Shown here: piece by piece, positions 19,612 to 26,380 of the stretch
How positions within the stretch are numbered: position 1 is the first letter of the stretch
How the letters are laid out: each line of letters starts with the position of its first letter
Assembly (NCBI GenBank): GCA_046727715.1
Contig: JBKPDC010000319.1
Location: 1-35,887, forward strand
DNA length: 35,887 bases
Source of the DNA: Thermodesulfobacteriota bacterium
GTDB taxonomy: Bacteria; Desulfobacterota; Binatia; DP-6
Direction: 5' to 3'
Notes under the pieces: generated by a model
Database searches by the model: none
The model's input: only the letters and a program-made list of their open reading frames with translations
What the model was told of the DNA's origin: nothing
Program-made: the position numbers and the translations under genes

Positions 19612-20463
19612 GTGGTGTCGACGCTCCGCGCAGTCGCGGCGCTCGCGGCCGTGGCGGTGGCCGCGATCTTCGCGACACAGCTCGTGCTCCACGCCGCCGC
19701 GTGGCGCGTTGCCCGGACGCGCCGCGTCTGCCGCGCCGACGCCGAGGGCGCGGGTGCGGCAGCCGCGCTCTGGAGCGTCGCCCGCGAAACGACGCTCGCG
19801 CTGCTCGTGCTCCTCCTGTGGCCGCTCGGAGCGAGCCGTGCCCGCGCGAATCGCCGGCACCCCGTCGTGCTCGTGCACGGGTTCGCGTCCTCGCCCGCCA
19901 GTCTGTGGCTGCTCGCACGCCGACTGCGTGGCCACGGCTGGGCGGTCAGTGTCCCGCGGCTCGGCGCCTGGTGGCACGATCTCGGCGACGCCGCCGATCG
20001 GCTCGCCGCGCACCTGGGTCGCGTGCGCGACGAGCACGGCGCCACCGACGTCGTCGTGGTGGCACACGGGCTCGGCGGGCTCGCCAGCCGTCTCCTGCTC
20101 CGGCGTGCCGGCCACCATGCCGGCGTCCGGCTGCTCGTCACCCTGGGGACACCGCACGGCGGCACCTGCGCGTGTGCCTGGCTTCGCCTCGGGCCATTCC
20201 GGCGCGACGTGCGACCCGGGTCCGACGCGCTCCGCGCTCTCGAGACCGCTGGCCTGCCGGCGAGCGTGGAGGCGATCGCAATCGCCTCTCCCGGCGACGC
20301 GCTCCTCGTGCCCGCCGACGGCGCGCACTGGGCCGATGCCTGCAACGTCTCCGTGGAGGGCTCCGGCCACCTGCACCTCCTCGTGTCCGCCCGCGTCTAC
20401 GAGATCATCGCCGAGAACCTCGCCGTCGTCCCCGACACCGCGCGCCGACGCCATGGCGAGTGA
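19612..20463 (+). CDS. Membrane-anchored lipase-class-2 (Bacillus LipA-like) alpha/beta-fold protein with the nucleophile Ser replaced by Gly
   Basis: 283 aa. Two N-terminal hydrophobic helices, then HPVVLVHG, VVVVAHGLGG (where LipA has AHSMGG), VTLGTPHGG, SPGDALLV and EGSGHLHLL, all aligning block by block with B. subtilis LipA. Confidence 0.75.
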   Translation: MVSTLRAVAALAAVAVAAIFATQLVLHAAAWRVARTRRVCRADAEGAGAAAALWSVARETTLALLVLLLWPLGASRARANRRHPVVLVHGFASSPASLWLLARRLRGHGWAVSVPRLGAWWHDLGDAADRLAAHLGRVRDEHGATDVVVVAHGLGGLASRLLLRRAGHHAGVRLLVTLGTPHGGTCACAWLRLGPFRRDVRPGSDALRALETAGLPASVEAIAIASPGDALLVPADGAHWADACNVSVEGSGHLHLLVSARVYEIIAENLAVVPDTARRRHGE

Positions 20464-21340
20464 TCCGGCCGTCGTCGTGGCGGAGCGGGCGATCCGGCTC
20501 GACGCGTTCGTGCACGCCGCCTGCCCGACGCTGTCGCGCCGCCTCGTCCGCCGGCTGATCGACGAGGGCATCGTCCGCGTGGACGGCCGCGTCGCGTCCC
20601 GCGGCGCCCGCCTCGCGCCCGGAGCCCACGTGACGCTTCCGCCCGCGGGGCTCGTTCCCGAGCCCGATCTCCCCGTGCCCGTGCTGTACGTCGACGAACG
20701 GCTCGTGGTGGTCGACAAGCCCGGCGGCATGCCAGGCCACGCCCTCGACCCGCGCCAGCGCGGCACCGTGGCGGCGTTCCTGGCGGGACGCTTTCCCGAG
20801 ACCGCCGGCCTCGGCGATCCACTGTCGAGTGGCCTGGCGCATCGCCTCGACACGGGCACCTCCGGCCTCCAGATCGCGGCGCGTACGGCGGAGACGTTCG
20901 TGCGGCTCCGCGAGGCCTTCCGTGCCGGCGAGGTGACCAAGCGCTATCTCGCCGTGGTGGCCGGCGAGCCCCCGGCGCACGTGGTGGTCGAGACGCCGCT
21001 GGCGCATGACCCGCGCGATCGCCGGCGCATGATCGCGGCAGGGCCGCGCCAGCGCGCCTGGGCGGCGCGGACCGAACTCGTCTGCCGCACCAGGGGCGGC
21101 GGGCGCGCGCTGGTCGAGGCCACCCTGTGTAGCGGGGTGACCCATCAGGTGCGGGCTCACCTGGCGCAGCTCGGACACCCGGTGCTCGGCGACGTCACGT
21201 ACGGCGGGGCGGACGTGGGACTCCGTCCCGCGCGCCACGCGCTGCACGCCACTGTCCTCGAGCCAGGAGGCCGCGTCGCGGACCTGCCGCGCGTCGAGAG
21301 CGCGCTGCCCGACGACCTCCGCGCGCTCGTCCCGCGCTGA
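20453..21340 (+). CDS. RluA-family 23S rRNA/tRNA pseudouridine synthase with N-terminal S4-like domain
   Basis: 295 aa from MASDPAVVV (ATG 20453), overlapping the upstream gene by 11 nt. Catalytic HRLDTGTSG motif, KRYLAVV, and THQVRAHL. Only the 3' end of the 1180-aa track ORF is accepted. Confidence 0.85.
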   Translation: MASDPAVVVAERAIRLDAFVHAACPTLSRRLVRRLIDEGIVRVDGRVASRGARLAPGAHVTLPPAGLVPEPDLPVPVLYVDERLVVVDKPGGMPGHALDPRQRGTVAAFLAGRFPETAGLGDPLSSGLAHRLDTGTSGLQIAARTAETFVRLREAFRAGEVTKRYLAVVAGEPPAHVVVETPLAHDPRDRRRMIAAGPRQRAWAARTELVCRTRGGGRALVEATLCSGVTHQVRAHLAQLGHPVLGDVTYGGADVGLRPARHALHATVLEPGGRVADLPRVESALPDDLRALVPR

Positions 21341-21354
21341 AGCCGCTCCGCCGC

Positions 21355-21732
21355 CTACGCGGCGGCGGTCTTGCCCTTCCCGCCGCGGGGCTCCTTGGCG
21401 GTGCTGCAGGGCATGCAGAGGTTGTTCACGTTGTTGGGGTCTTCGACCAGGCCGTCGTCGATGTTGTGGCAGACCTTTTTGCAGGACGCGCAGATGAAGT
21501 AGATGCCCTCGATCGTCTTGTTGATGCGCTCGCGGTTCAGGATCCGCCCCTTGAGCTTCTCGATGCGAATCCCGAGCAGCTCCTCGTACTGCCGCTTGAT
21601 CTTGCGTCGCCCTGCCTCGTCCTTCGGAAGCTCCTCTTCCGTCTCGTCGACGGTCTGCTCGTCGTCGTCGACCGCGGTGTACGACTTGGCCTTGGACCCG
21701 GCGCTCTTGTCACTCTTGCGCGCGCGTGCCAT
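21355..21732 (-). CDS. Hypothetical protein: charged N-terminal tail, helical middle, C-terminal CxxC-x21-CxxC zinc ribbon
   Basis: 125 aa. Protein-like composition (K/E/D/I/N-rich, unlike the Arg/Ala/Gly/Pro-rich spurious frames). FICASCKKVCHNI...NLCMPCS. AGGAGG lies 12 nt upstream of the ATG. More AT-rich than the surroundings by eye. Confidence 0.6.
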   Translation of the reverse strand: MARARKSDKSAGSKAKSYTAVDDDEQTVDETEEELPKDEAGRRKIKRQYEELLGIRIEKLKGRILNRERINKTIEGIYFICASCKKVCHNIDDGLVEDPNNVNNLCMPCSTAKEPRGGKGKTAAA

Positions 21733-21762
21733 GCGGGCTGCCAGCCTCCTGGGGCGCGTTGC

Positions 21763-21936
21763 TCAGCGCGTGCGGCGGGTGTAGCCGCAGCCCGGCTTCT
21801 CACACACCCAGAAGAAGCCGCGTGGGCCCGCCCCCGCGTACTGCACGACCCGGACCTCCGTGGCGCAGGTCGGACAGGACTGCTTCCGTGCCGCGTCCGA
21901 GCCCTTCTCTGCCGTCTTCGCCTTCTTCTCGGCCAT
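21763..21936 (-). CDS. Small basic protein with a topoisomerase-type C4 zinc finger (zf-C4_Topoisom-like)
   Basis: 57 aa from MAEKKAKTAEKG. CPTC-x19-C-x4-C-x-YT (CPTCATEVRVVQYAGAGPRGFFWVCEKPGCGYT) resembles the CPxCG...F..C..yP.C.yt finger of TopA/YrdD. Confidence 0.5.
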   Translation of the reverse strand: MAEKKAKTAEKGSDAARKQSCPTCATEVRVVQYAGAGPRGFFWVCEKPGCGYTRRTR

Positions 21937-21973
21937 GTCGTCTGCAGCGGCCCGGTGGGGGCGTAACCTCGCT

Positions 21974-22002
21974 CGTATACGGGCGCTCCCGAGCGGAGTC
22001 AA
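21974..22002 (-). promoter_or_regulatory. Putative sigma70-type promoter for the two small zinc-ribbon genes
   Basis: The minus strand reads TTGACT-N17-TATACG, about 37 nt upstream of ATG 21936. Confidence 0.3.
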
Positions 22003-22058
22003 GAAGCGGCGGCGTGGCTTGAGGCGGTCCGGGCAGCGTGCTACGCGACCTCCAAGCC

Positions 22059-22259
22059 ATGCGCGTGCACCTGCATCCGCAGGGACGCACCCTCGAGTTC
22101 ACGGGGCGGCGCTCCGTCAGCCGCCTGCTCGCCGAGCTCGGGGTGCTTCCCGGCACCGCGATGGTGATTCGCGGGGACCTCCTGCTGCTCGACGGGGAAA
22201 TGGTCGAGGACGACGACGACGTGGAGGTGCGAGCGGTCATCTCCGGGGGCGGGGCATGA
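22059..22259 (+). CDS. ttuB: ThiS/MoaD-family ubiquitin-like sulfur-carrier protein (TtuB-like), C-terminus ...SGGGA
   Basis: 66 aa from MRVHLHPQGRTLEF. Beta-grasp-like pattern (LLAELGV, VIRGDLLLLDGEMVEDDDDVEV) and a glycine-rich C-terminus. Its TGA overlaps the ATG of the TtuA-like gene (ATGA). Confidence 0.65.
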   Translation: MRVHLHPQGRTLEFTGRRSVSRLLAELGVLPGTAMVIRGDLLLLDGEMVEDDDDVEVRAVISGGGA

Positions 22260-23197
22260 AGTGCACGCGCTGCCGGGCGAAGGCGGAGGTGCATCTGCGG
22301 GCGCACAACGCCGGCTTTTGCCGGCCGTGCTACCTCGGCTTCTTTCGCCGGCAGGTCGAGCGCGCCATCGCCGCGGAGCGCATGTGCACGGCCGAGGAGC
22401 GCGTCCTGGTGGCGGTGTCGGGCGGCAAAGACAGCCTGGCGCTGTGGGACGTCCTGCTCGACCTCGGCTATCGCGCCACGGGTCTCTACCTGGCGCAGGG
22501 CATCGGTGGCTACTCGAGTCGGTCCCAGGAACACGTCGAGGCATTCGCGCGCGCCCGCGGGGTGACGCTGCGGATCGTCGAGCTGGCGGCCGAGGGTCCG
22601 GGGCTGGCCGTGCCAGACGTCGCCGCCGCGACGCGCCGGTCCGCCTGCTCGGCTTGCGGGATGCTGAAGCGTCACTTCTTCGACGAGGCGGCGCTCGCCG
22701 GCGAGTTCGACGTGCTCGCCACGGGGCACAACCTCGATGACGAGGCGGCGCGACTGCTCGGGAACGTGCTGCGCTGGCAGGTGGACCACCTGGCGCGCCA
22801 GCGCCCCGTCCTGCCGCCCACGCACCCGAGGTTCGTGCGCAAGGTGAAGCCGCTCCATCTCCTGAGCGAGTACGAGACGGCCGTCTATGCCTTCATGCGC
22901 GGGATCGACTACGTCGTCGAGGAGTGCCCCAACGCCGCCGGCGCTACGCAGCTCGTCTACAAGGACGTGCTCAACCGCCTCGAGGCGGCCAGCCCCGGCA
23001 CCAAGCTGGCCTTCGTGCGCGAGTTCCTGCGTACGGGGCAGCCGGCGTTCGCGGCGCGCCCCGCAGCCGCGGAGGGACCGCCGCAGACCTGCACGCGCTG
23101 CGGCATGCCGGCGTGGGGCGAGGTCTGCGCCTTCTGCAAGCTGGTGGCGGAGGTGGAGACGAAGCGAGCCCGCGCCGTCGCCGGGTCGGCCGCGTGA
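22256..23197 (+). CDS. ttuA: tRNA 2-thiolation PP-loop ATPase, TtuA/Ncs6 type
   Basis: 313 aa. N-terminal zinc finger CTRC...CRPC, PP-loop SGGKDS, central CSAC plus ECP cysteines (Fe-S ligand pattern of TtuA), and a C-terminal zinc finger CTRC-x8-CAFC. Confidence 0.8.
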   Translation: MKCTRCRAKAEVHLRAHNAGFCRPCYLGFFRRQVERAIAAERMCTAEERVLVAVSGGKDSLALWDVLLDLGYRATGLYLAQGIGGYSSRSQEHVEAFARARGVTLRIVELAAEGPGLAVPDVAAATRRSACSACGMLKRHFFDEAALAGEFDVLATGHNLDDEAARLLGNVLRWQVDHLARQRPVLPPTHPRFVRKVKPLHLLSEYETAVYAFMRGIDYVVEECPNAAGATQLVYKDVLNRLEAASPGTKLAFVREFLRTGQPAFAARPAAAEGPPQTCTRCGMPAWGEVCAFCKLVAEVETKRARAVAGSAA

Positions 23198-24138
23198 GCG
23201 CGCCGCGTCGCGACCACGTCGGAGCCGAGCGCGGCCTGCTGCGCGACCTCGAGCCGGTCGTCCTCCTCGACCGCAAGGGGCGAAGCTATCTCCGCACCCT
23301 CAAGCAGGGAGGCCGCATGAGCGTGCGCGGCGCGCCGGTGCCCTGCGACGCGGTGATCGGCCGGCCGGAAGGCTCGACGGTGGCCAGCGCCTCGGGGGAG
23401 CGCCTGCTCGTGCTGCGGCCGACCTATGCGCAGCTGATTCCGAGCCTGCCGCGCCAGGCCCAGCCCATCTACCCGAAGGACGTCGGGCCGCTCCTCCTCT
23501 GGGGGGACATCGGCCCGGGCCACGTGGTCGTCGAGGTCGGGACCGGTCCCGCCGCCCTCACGCTGGCGCTGCTGCGCGCCGTGGGTCCGACCGGGCAGCT
23601 CGTCTCCTACGAGGTGCGCGACGACTTCGCCGCCATCGCGCGCGAGAACGTGGCCCGCTTCCACGGTCCGTCACCCAACTGGACCCTGCGCGTCGCCGAC
23701 GCCTTCGCGGGCATCGCCGAACGCGACGTCGATCGCATGGTCATGGACCTCGCAGAGCCGTGGCGGCTGCTCGATCGCGCCGCGGGGGCGCTGCGTCCCG
23801 GCGCCGTACTGACGGCATTCGTGCCCACGGCGCTGCAGGTGAAGTCGCAGGTCGACGCCCTCGTCGCCGACGCACGCTTCGGTGCCGTCGAGGCGTTCGA
23901 AACCCTGCTCCGCTTCTGGCACGTCGGGCCGCGCAGCCTGCGCCCCGAGCACCGCATGGTGGCGCACACCGGATTCCTCGTCGTCGCGCGACGCCTCGCC
24001 GACGCGCCCGAGGAGCGTTCAGAATTGACTCCCCCCGGACCCTATAGTACCGAAGAGTCGGACGGTTACCCCCGCACCGCAGGGTCGACGCACGATGACG
24101 AAGGCGGAGATCCGCCAGAGGATCTGGAAGACGATTGA
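23194..24138 (+). CDS. trmI: tRNA (adenine58-N1)-methyltransferase TrmI/GCD14 family
   Basis: 314 aa from GTG 23194 (GTGA overlap with the ttuA stop). N-terminal beta domain (VVLLDRKGRSYLRTLKQGG), QPIYPKD, SAM-binding motif VVEVGTGPAALTLAL, VSYEVRDDF, and MDLAEPW. It has an acidic C-terminal tail. Confidence 0.8.
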   Translation: MSAPRRDHVGAERGLLRDLEPVVLLDRKGRSYLRTLKQGGRMSVRGAPVPCDAVIGRPEGSTVASASGERLLVLRPTYAQLIPSLPRQAQPIYPKDVGPLLLWGDIGPGHVVVEVGTGPAALTLALLRAVGPTGQLVSYEVRDDFAAIARENVARFHGPSPNWTLRVADAFAGIAERDVDRMVMDLAEPWRLLDRAAGALRPGAVLTAFVPTALQVKSQVDALVADARFGAVEAFETLLRFWHVGPRSLRPEHRMVAHTGFLVVARRLADAPEERSELTPPGPYSTEESDGYPRTAGSTHDDEGGDPPEDLEDD

Positions 24139-24835
24139 GCGGGAGGCCGTCGGCCGCTTCCCGTTCGGCACCGCCCGCATCCCGAACTTCGTCGGCGCCG
24201 AGCAAGCGGCGCAGCTGCTGCGCGAGATGGCGGTGTGGCGCCGCGCCCTCGTCGTCAAGGTGAACCCCGACGCGCCGCAGCTCGCCGTGCGCCGCCTCGC
24301 GCTCCAGGAGGGCAAGATCGTCTACATGGCGGTGCCACGGCTGCGCACCGAGAAGTGCTTCATCGAGATCGACCCGCAGCGGTTCGGCAAGCGCGCCGCG
24401 CTCGCGGCGAGCATCGCCGGCGCGTGCCGGTACGGCCGGGCCGTCTCCCCGCGCGAGATGCGACCGGTCGACCTGATCGTGTGCGGGTCGGTCGGCGTCG
24501 GCCGCGACGGCGCGCGCGTCGGCAAAGGCGGCGGCTACTGCGATCTCGAATACGGCGTGCTGCGCGAGGAAGGCAAGGTCCGCGAGTCGACCCCGATCTT
24601 GACCACGGTGCACCCGCTGCAGCTCACCACCGAGCGCATCCCGATGTTGCCGCACGACCTGCCGGTGGACTTCCTGGTGACGCCCGCGGAGGTCATCGCG
24701 ACGCGCCCGGCGCATCCGCGCCCGCGCGGCATCTACTGGGACCTACTGCGGTCGCTCAGGATCAACGCCATCCCGCTGCTGCGCAAGCGCCTGAAGCGCG
24801 GCGTCAGCGGGGCCCCGTCGCCGCGGCGACTCTGA
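24095..24835 (+). CDS. 5-formyltetrahydrofolate cyclo-ligase family protein
   Basis: 246 aa. N-terminal MTKAEIRQRIW, IPNFVGAEQAA, and the GKGGGYCD motif (compare GxGGGYYD). The start overlaps the trmI 3' end by 44 nt, out of frame. Confidence 0.75.
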   Translation: MTKAEIRQRIWKTIEREAVGRFPFGTARIPNFVGAEQAAQLLREMAVWRRALVVKVNPDAPQLAVRRLALQEGKIVYMAVPRLRTEKCFIEIDPQRFGKRAALAASIAGACRYGRAVSPREMRPVDLIVCGSVGVGRDGARVGKGGGYCDLEYGVLREEGKVRESTPILTTVHPLQLTTERIPMLPHDLPVDFLVTPAEVIATRPAHPRPRGIYWDLLRSLRINAIPLLRKRLKRGVSGAPSPRRL

Positions 24836-24837
24836 GA

Positions 24838-25121
24838 GATCGACTCGAGACTTCGTCTCGGCTCGAGGTCGGACAGCGAGAATCCCGTCGTCGGAGAATG
24901 CGGACGCCGTGCCGCGGCCGGCAAAGCCGGCGCGGCAAACGTGACCAGGACCGGAAACCGCACGCCCGTAGGAAACCGAAGCGTCCCAGTGGCTCCGTGA
25001 ACGACTATCCTCACGTCTGCCGCGCCGGCTTTGCCGGCCGCGGCACGACGTCCGCCGGATCCACCGAACGTTGCATGCTCGCCTCCAGTTCCGACCCGAG
25101 ACGAAGTCTCGGGTCGACATC
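24838..25121. repeat. Compound imperfect inverted repeat (REPIN/BIME-like) at a convergent gene junction
   Basis: The inner arms 24901-24944 and 25011-25054 are reverse complements at 42/44. The outer arms share the palindrome CGAGAC-TTC-GTCTCG (24846-24860) and its complement CCGAGAC-GAA-GTCTCGG (25096-25112, extendable to an 11-bp stem at 25092-25116). Each inner arm is itself a hairpin (GCCGCGGCCGGC-AAA-GCCGGCGCGGC). The central loop is about 66 nt. Confidence 0.8.
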
Positions 25122-25865
25122 GGCCGCCAGCACGGCGGGCAGGTCCGGCAGCGCCCGCAGCACGAAGCGCGGCGGGGCGGCGTCGGGCGGCACGCCACGA
25201 CCATCGCGGTCGATCCACGCCGCATCGATGCCGGCGGCGTGCGCTGCGCCGACGTCCTCGGAGAACGTGTCGCCCACCAGGAGCGCGGAGTCGCCGGGCA
25301 CGCCCAGCAGGCGGAGTGCCGTCTCCACGACGAGCGGATGCGGCTTGCATCGCCCGAGCGACTCCGACACGACCACGGCGTCGACGCGTCCGAGGATGCC
25401 GTGGCGCTGGAGGATGTCGTAGGCGCTTGCGGTGTCGTCGAAGTTGCTCACCACCGCCAGGTGGTACGAGCGGCGCAGCGCATCGAGGAGCGCGGTGTGA
25501 TCGGGCGGCAGCACAGTGGCTGCGCCGAGCGCATGGTGGTGCGCCCGCGCGAGCGCCGCGCCGCCCTCGTCGCACGCCCGCGCGCCGCACCCGACGCGGG
25601 CGAGCGCGCGGCGGAAGCGCTCGCGCGACGGCTCCTCGACGTGCTCGCGGGCGCGCCGCCGCGCCATCTCCTCGCTCACCGCCGCCAGCGCGTGCCAGAA
25701 CACGTCCGGCCCGACTCCCGGTGCGTAGACGTCGAGCAGCGCACCGAGCCCCGCGAGCGTGGTCCGCACGGGCGTGCCGCCGATCTGGAGGACGGGCAAC
25801 CCGGCCGGTTCCGTGGCGATCAGGGTGCCGAAGAGGTCCAGGAGGATCGCTTGGTAGCGCGGCAT
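25011..25865 (-). CDS. HAD-superfamily hydrolase (subfamily IA, haloacid-dehalogenase-like DxFGT variant)
   Basis: 284 aa from [16 protein letters not shown] (motif I). VVSNFD (motif II), CKPHP, and [18 protein letters not shown] (motif IV). The last 36 codons lie inside the right arm of the inverted repeat. Confidence 0.8.
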   Translation of the reverse strand: MPRYQAILLDLFGTLIATEPAGLPVLQIGGTPVRTTLAGLGALLDVYAPGVGPDVFWHALAAVSEEMARRRAREHVEEPSRERFRRALARVGCGARACDEGGAALARAHHHALGAATVLPPDHTALLDALRRSYHLAVVSNFDDTASAYDILQRHGILGRVDAVVVSESLGRCKPHPLVVETALRLLGVPGDSALLVGDTFSEDVGAAHAAGIDAAWIDRDGRGVPPDAAPPRFVLRALPDLPAVLAADVDPRLRLGSELEASMQRSVDPADVVPRPAKPARQT

Positions 25866-25869
25866 GCCG

Positions 25870-26292
25870 TCACTGCAGGACACGCGAGTCGGTGGCACCC
25901 GCGATCGGCCGGCGACGGGCAAACCCCTCACCCTCGCGATGCCAGAACGCGACCTCGCGCTCGCCGAACTGCCAGCACAGCAACGCCGGCGCGCCCTCCA
26001 CCTCGGCCGGGAAATCGACGAGTCCGAGCTCGATGTCCTTCAGCTGCGCGCCCGACTGCTCGATGTCCTGTGCGACGCTGCTCAGTTCCTCGATGAGCGC
26101 GCGCGCTGCCGGCCGCGTCCGCACCAGCGCCTCACCGGTGAGCAACTCCGAGGCCACGCCGAGCGCCGCCGCCGCGGCGCACCGCTCCGCCTCGAGTCCC
26201 AGGGCGCAGCGCTGCAGCCGCTCGACGAGCATCGCGAGGCGAGGCACCTCGGCGTTGGCTTGCTCCACCGTGAAGCGCTTCCCATGCGTCAC
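25870..26292 (-). CDS. DUF2203-family protein
   Basis: 140 aa from a GTG start. The [16 protein letters not shown]-terminus and the [35 protein letters not shown] block match my recollection of DUF2203. It lies 4 nt upstream of the HAD gene. Confidence 0.65.
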   Translation of the reverse strand: MTHGKRFTVEQANAEVPRLAMLVERLQRCALGLEAERCAAAAALGVASELLTGEALVRTRPAARALIEELSSVAQDIEQSGAQLKDIELGLVDFPAEVEGAPALLCWQFGEREVAFWHREGEGFARRRPIAGATDSRVLQ

Positions 26293-26299
26293 GCCGCGG

Positions 26300-26328
26300 A
26301 GAGTAGCGGCTCACGCCGGGGGAGTCGA
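26300..26328 (-). promoter_or_regulatory. Putative promoter, leaderless geometry, for the DUF2203-HAD operon
   Basis: The minus strand reads TCGACT-N17-TACTCT-N7-GTG(26292). Confidence 0.3.
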
Positions 26329-26341
26329 GGCGAAACGTGCC

Positions 26342-26370
26342 TTGTCGGACCGGGGGGGGTGGGCTACAGT
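26342..26370 (+). promoter_or_regulatory. Putative promoter for lon with a near-leaderless transcript
   Basis: TTGTCG-N17-TACAGT-N10-ATG(26381). No SD is present. The spacer contains a G8 run (26352-26359). Confidence 0.3.
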
Positions 26371-26380
26371 CCGCGCGGCG

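Noticed and set aside
17798-20452. The upstream 885 codons of the 1180-aa plus-strand ORF that ends as the RluA-family gene.
   Set aside because: This part is antisense to plsB and off-frame over the lipase-like gene, with low-complexity composition. The pseudouridine synthase homology begins only at MASDPAVV (20453).
21937-22002. The 79-aa version of the small zinc-finger ORF, starting at TTG 22002.
   Set aside because: The extra 22 residues are Arg/Ala-rich, and the TTG coincides with the -35 hexamer of the predicted promoter. ATG 21936 gives a compact lysine-rich N-terminus.
24945-25010. The central loop of the inverted repeat contains GGAAACCG twice and an ACCAGGACCGGAA stretch faintly reminiscent of SRP RNA domain IV. 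I also checked it as a possible tRNA or small RNA gene.
   Set aside because: The flanks do not pair to form the helix-8 GNRA hairpin. No T-loop (GTTCRANNC) or acceptor-stem complementarity is present, and the region is too short and divergent for 4.5S RNA.
26352-26359. A G8 homopolymer inside the spacer of the putative lon promoter, considered as a slipped-strand phase-variation switch.
   Set aside because: At about 35% G, several such runs are expected by chance in 36 kb. There is no evidence of length polymorphism from a single sequence, and the promoter itself is only predicted.
25031-26380. The upstream 450 codons of the 1260-aa ORF that contains Lon.
   Set aside because: The translation is Arg/Ala/Pro-rich junk overlapping the HAD and DUF2203 genes on the opposite strand. 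The Lon N-domain homology starts shortly after ATG 26381.
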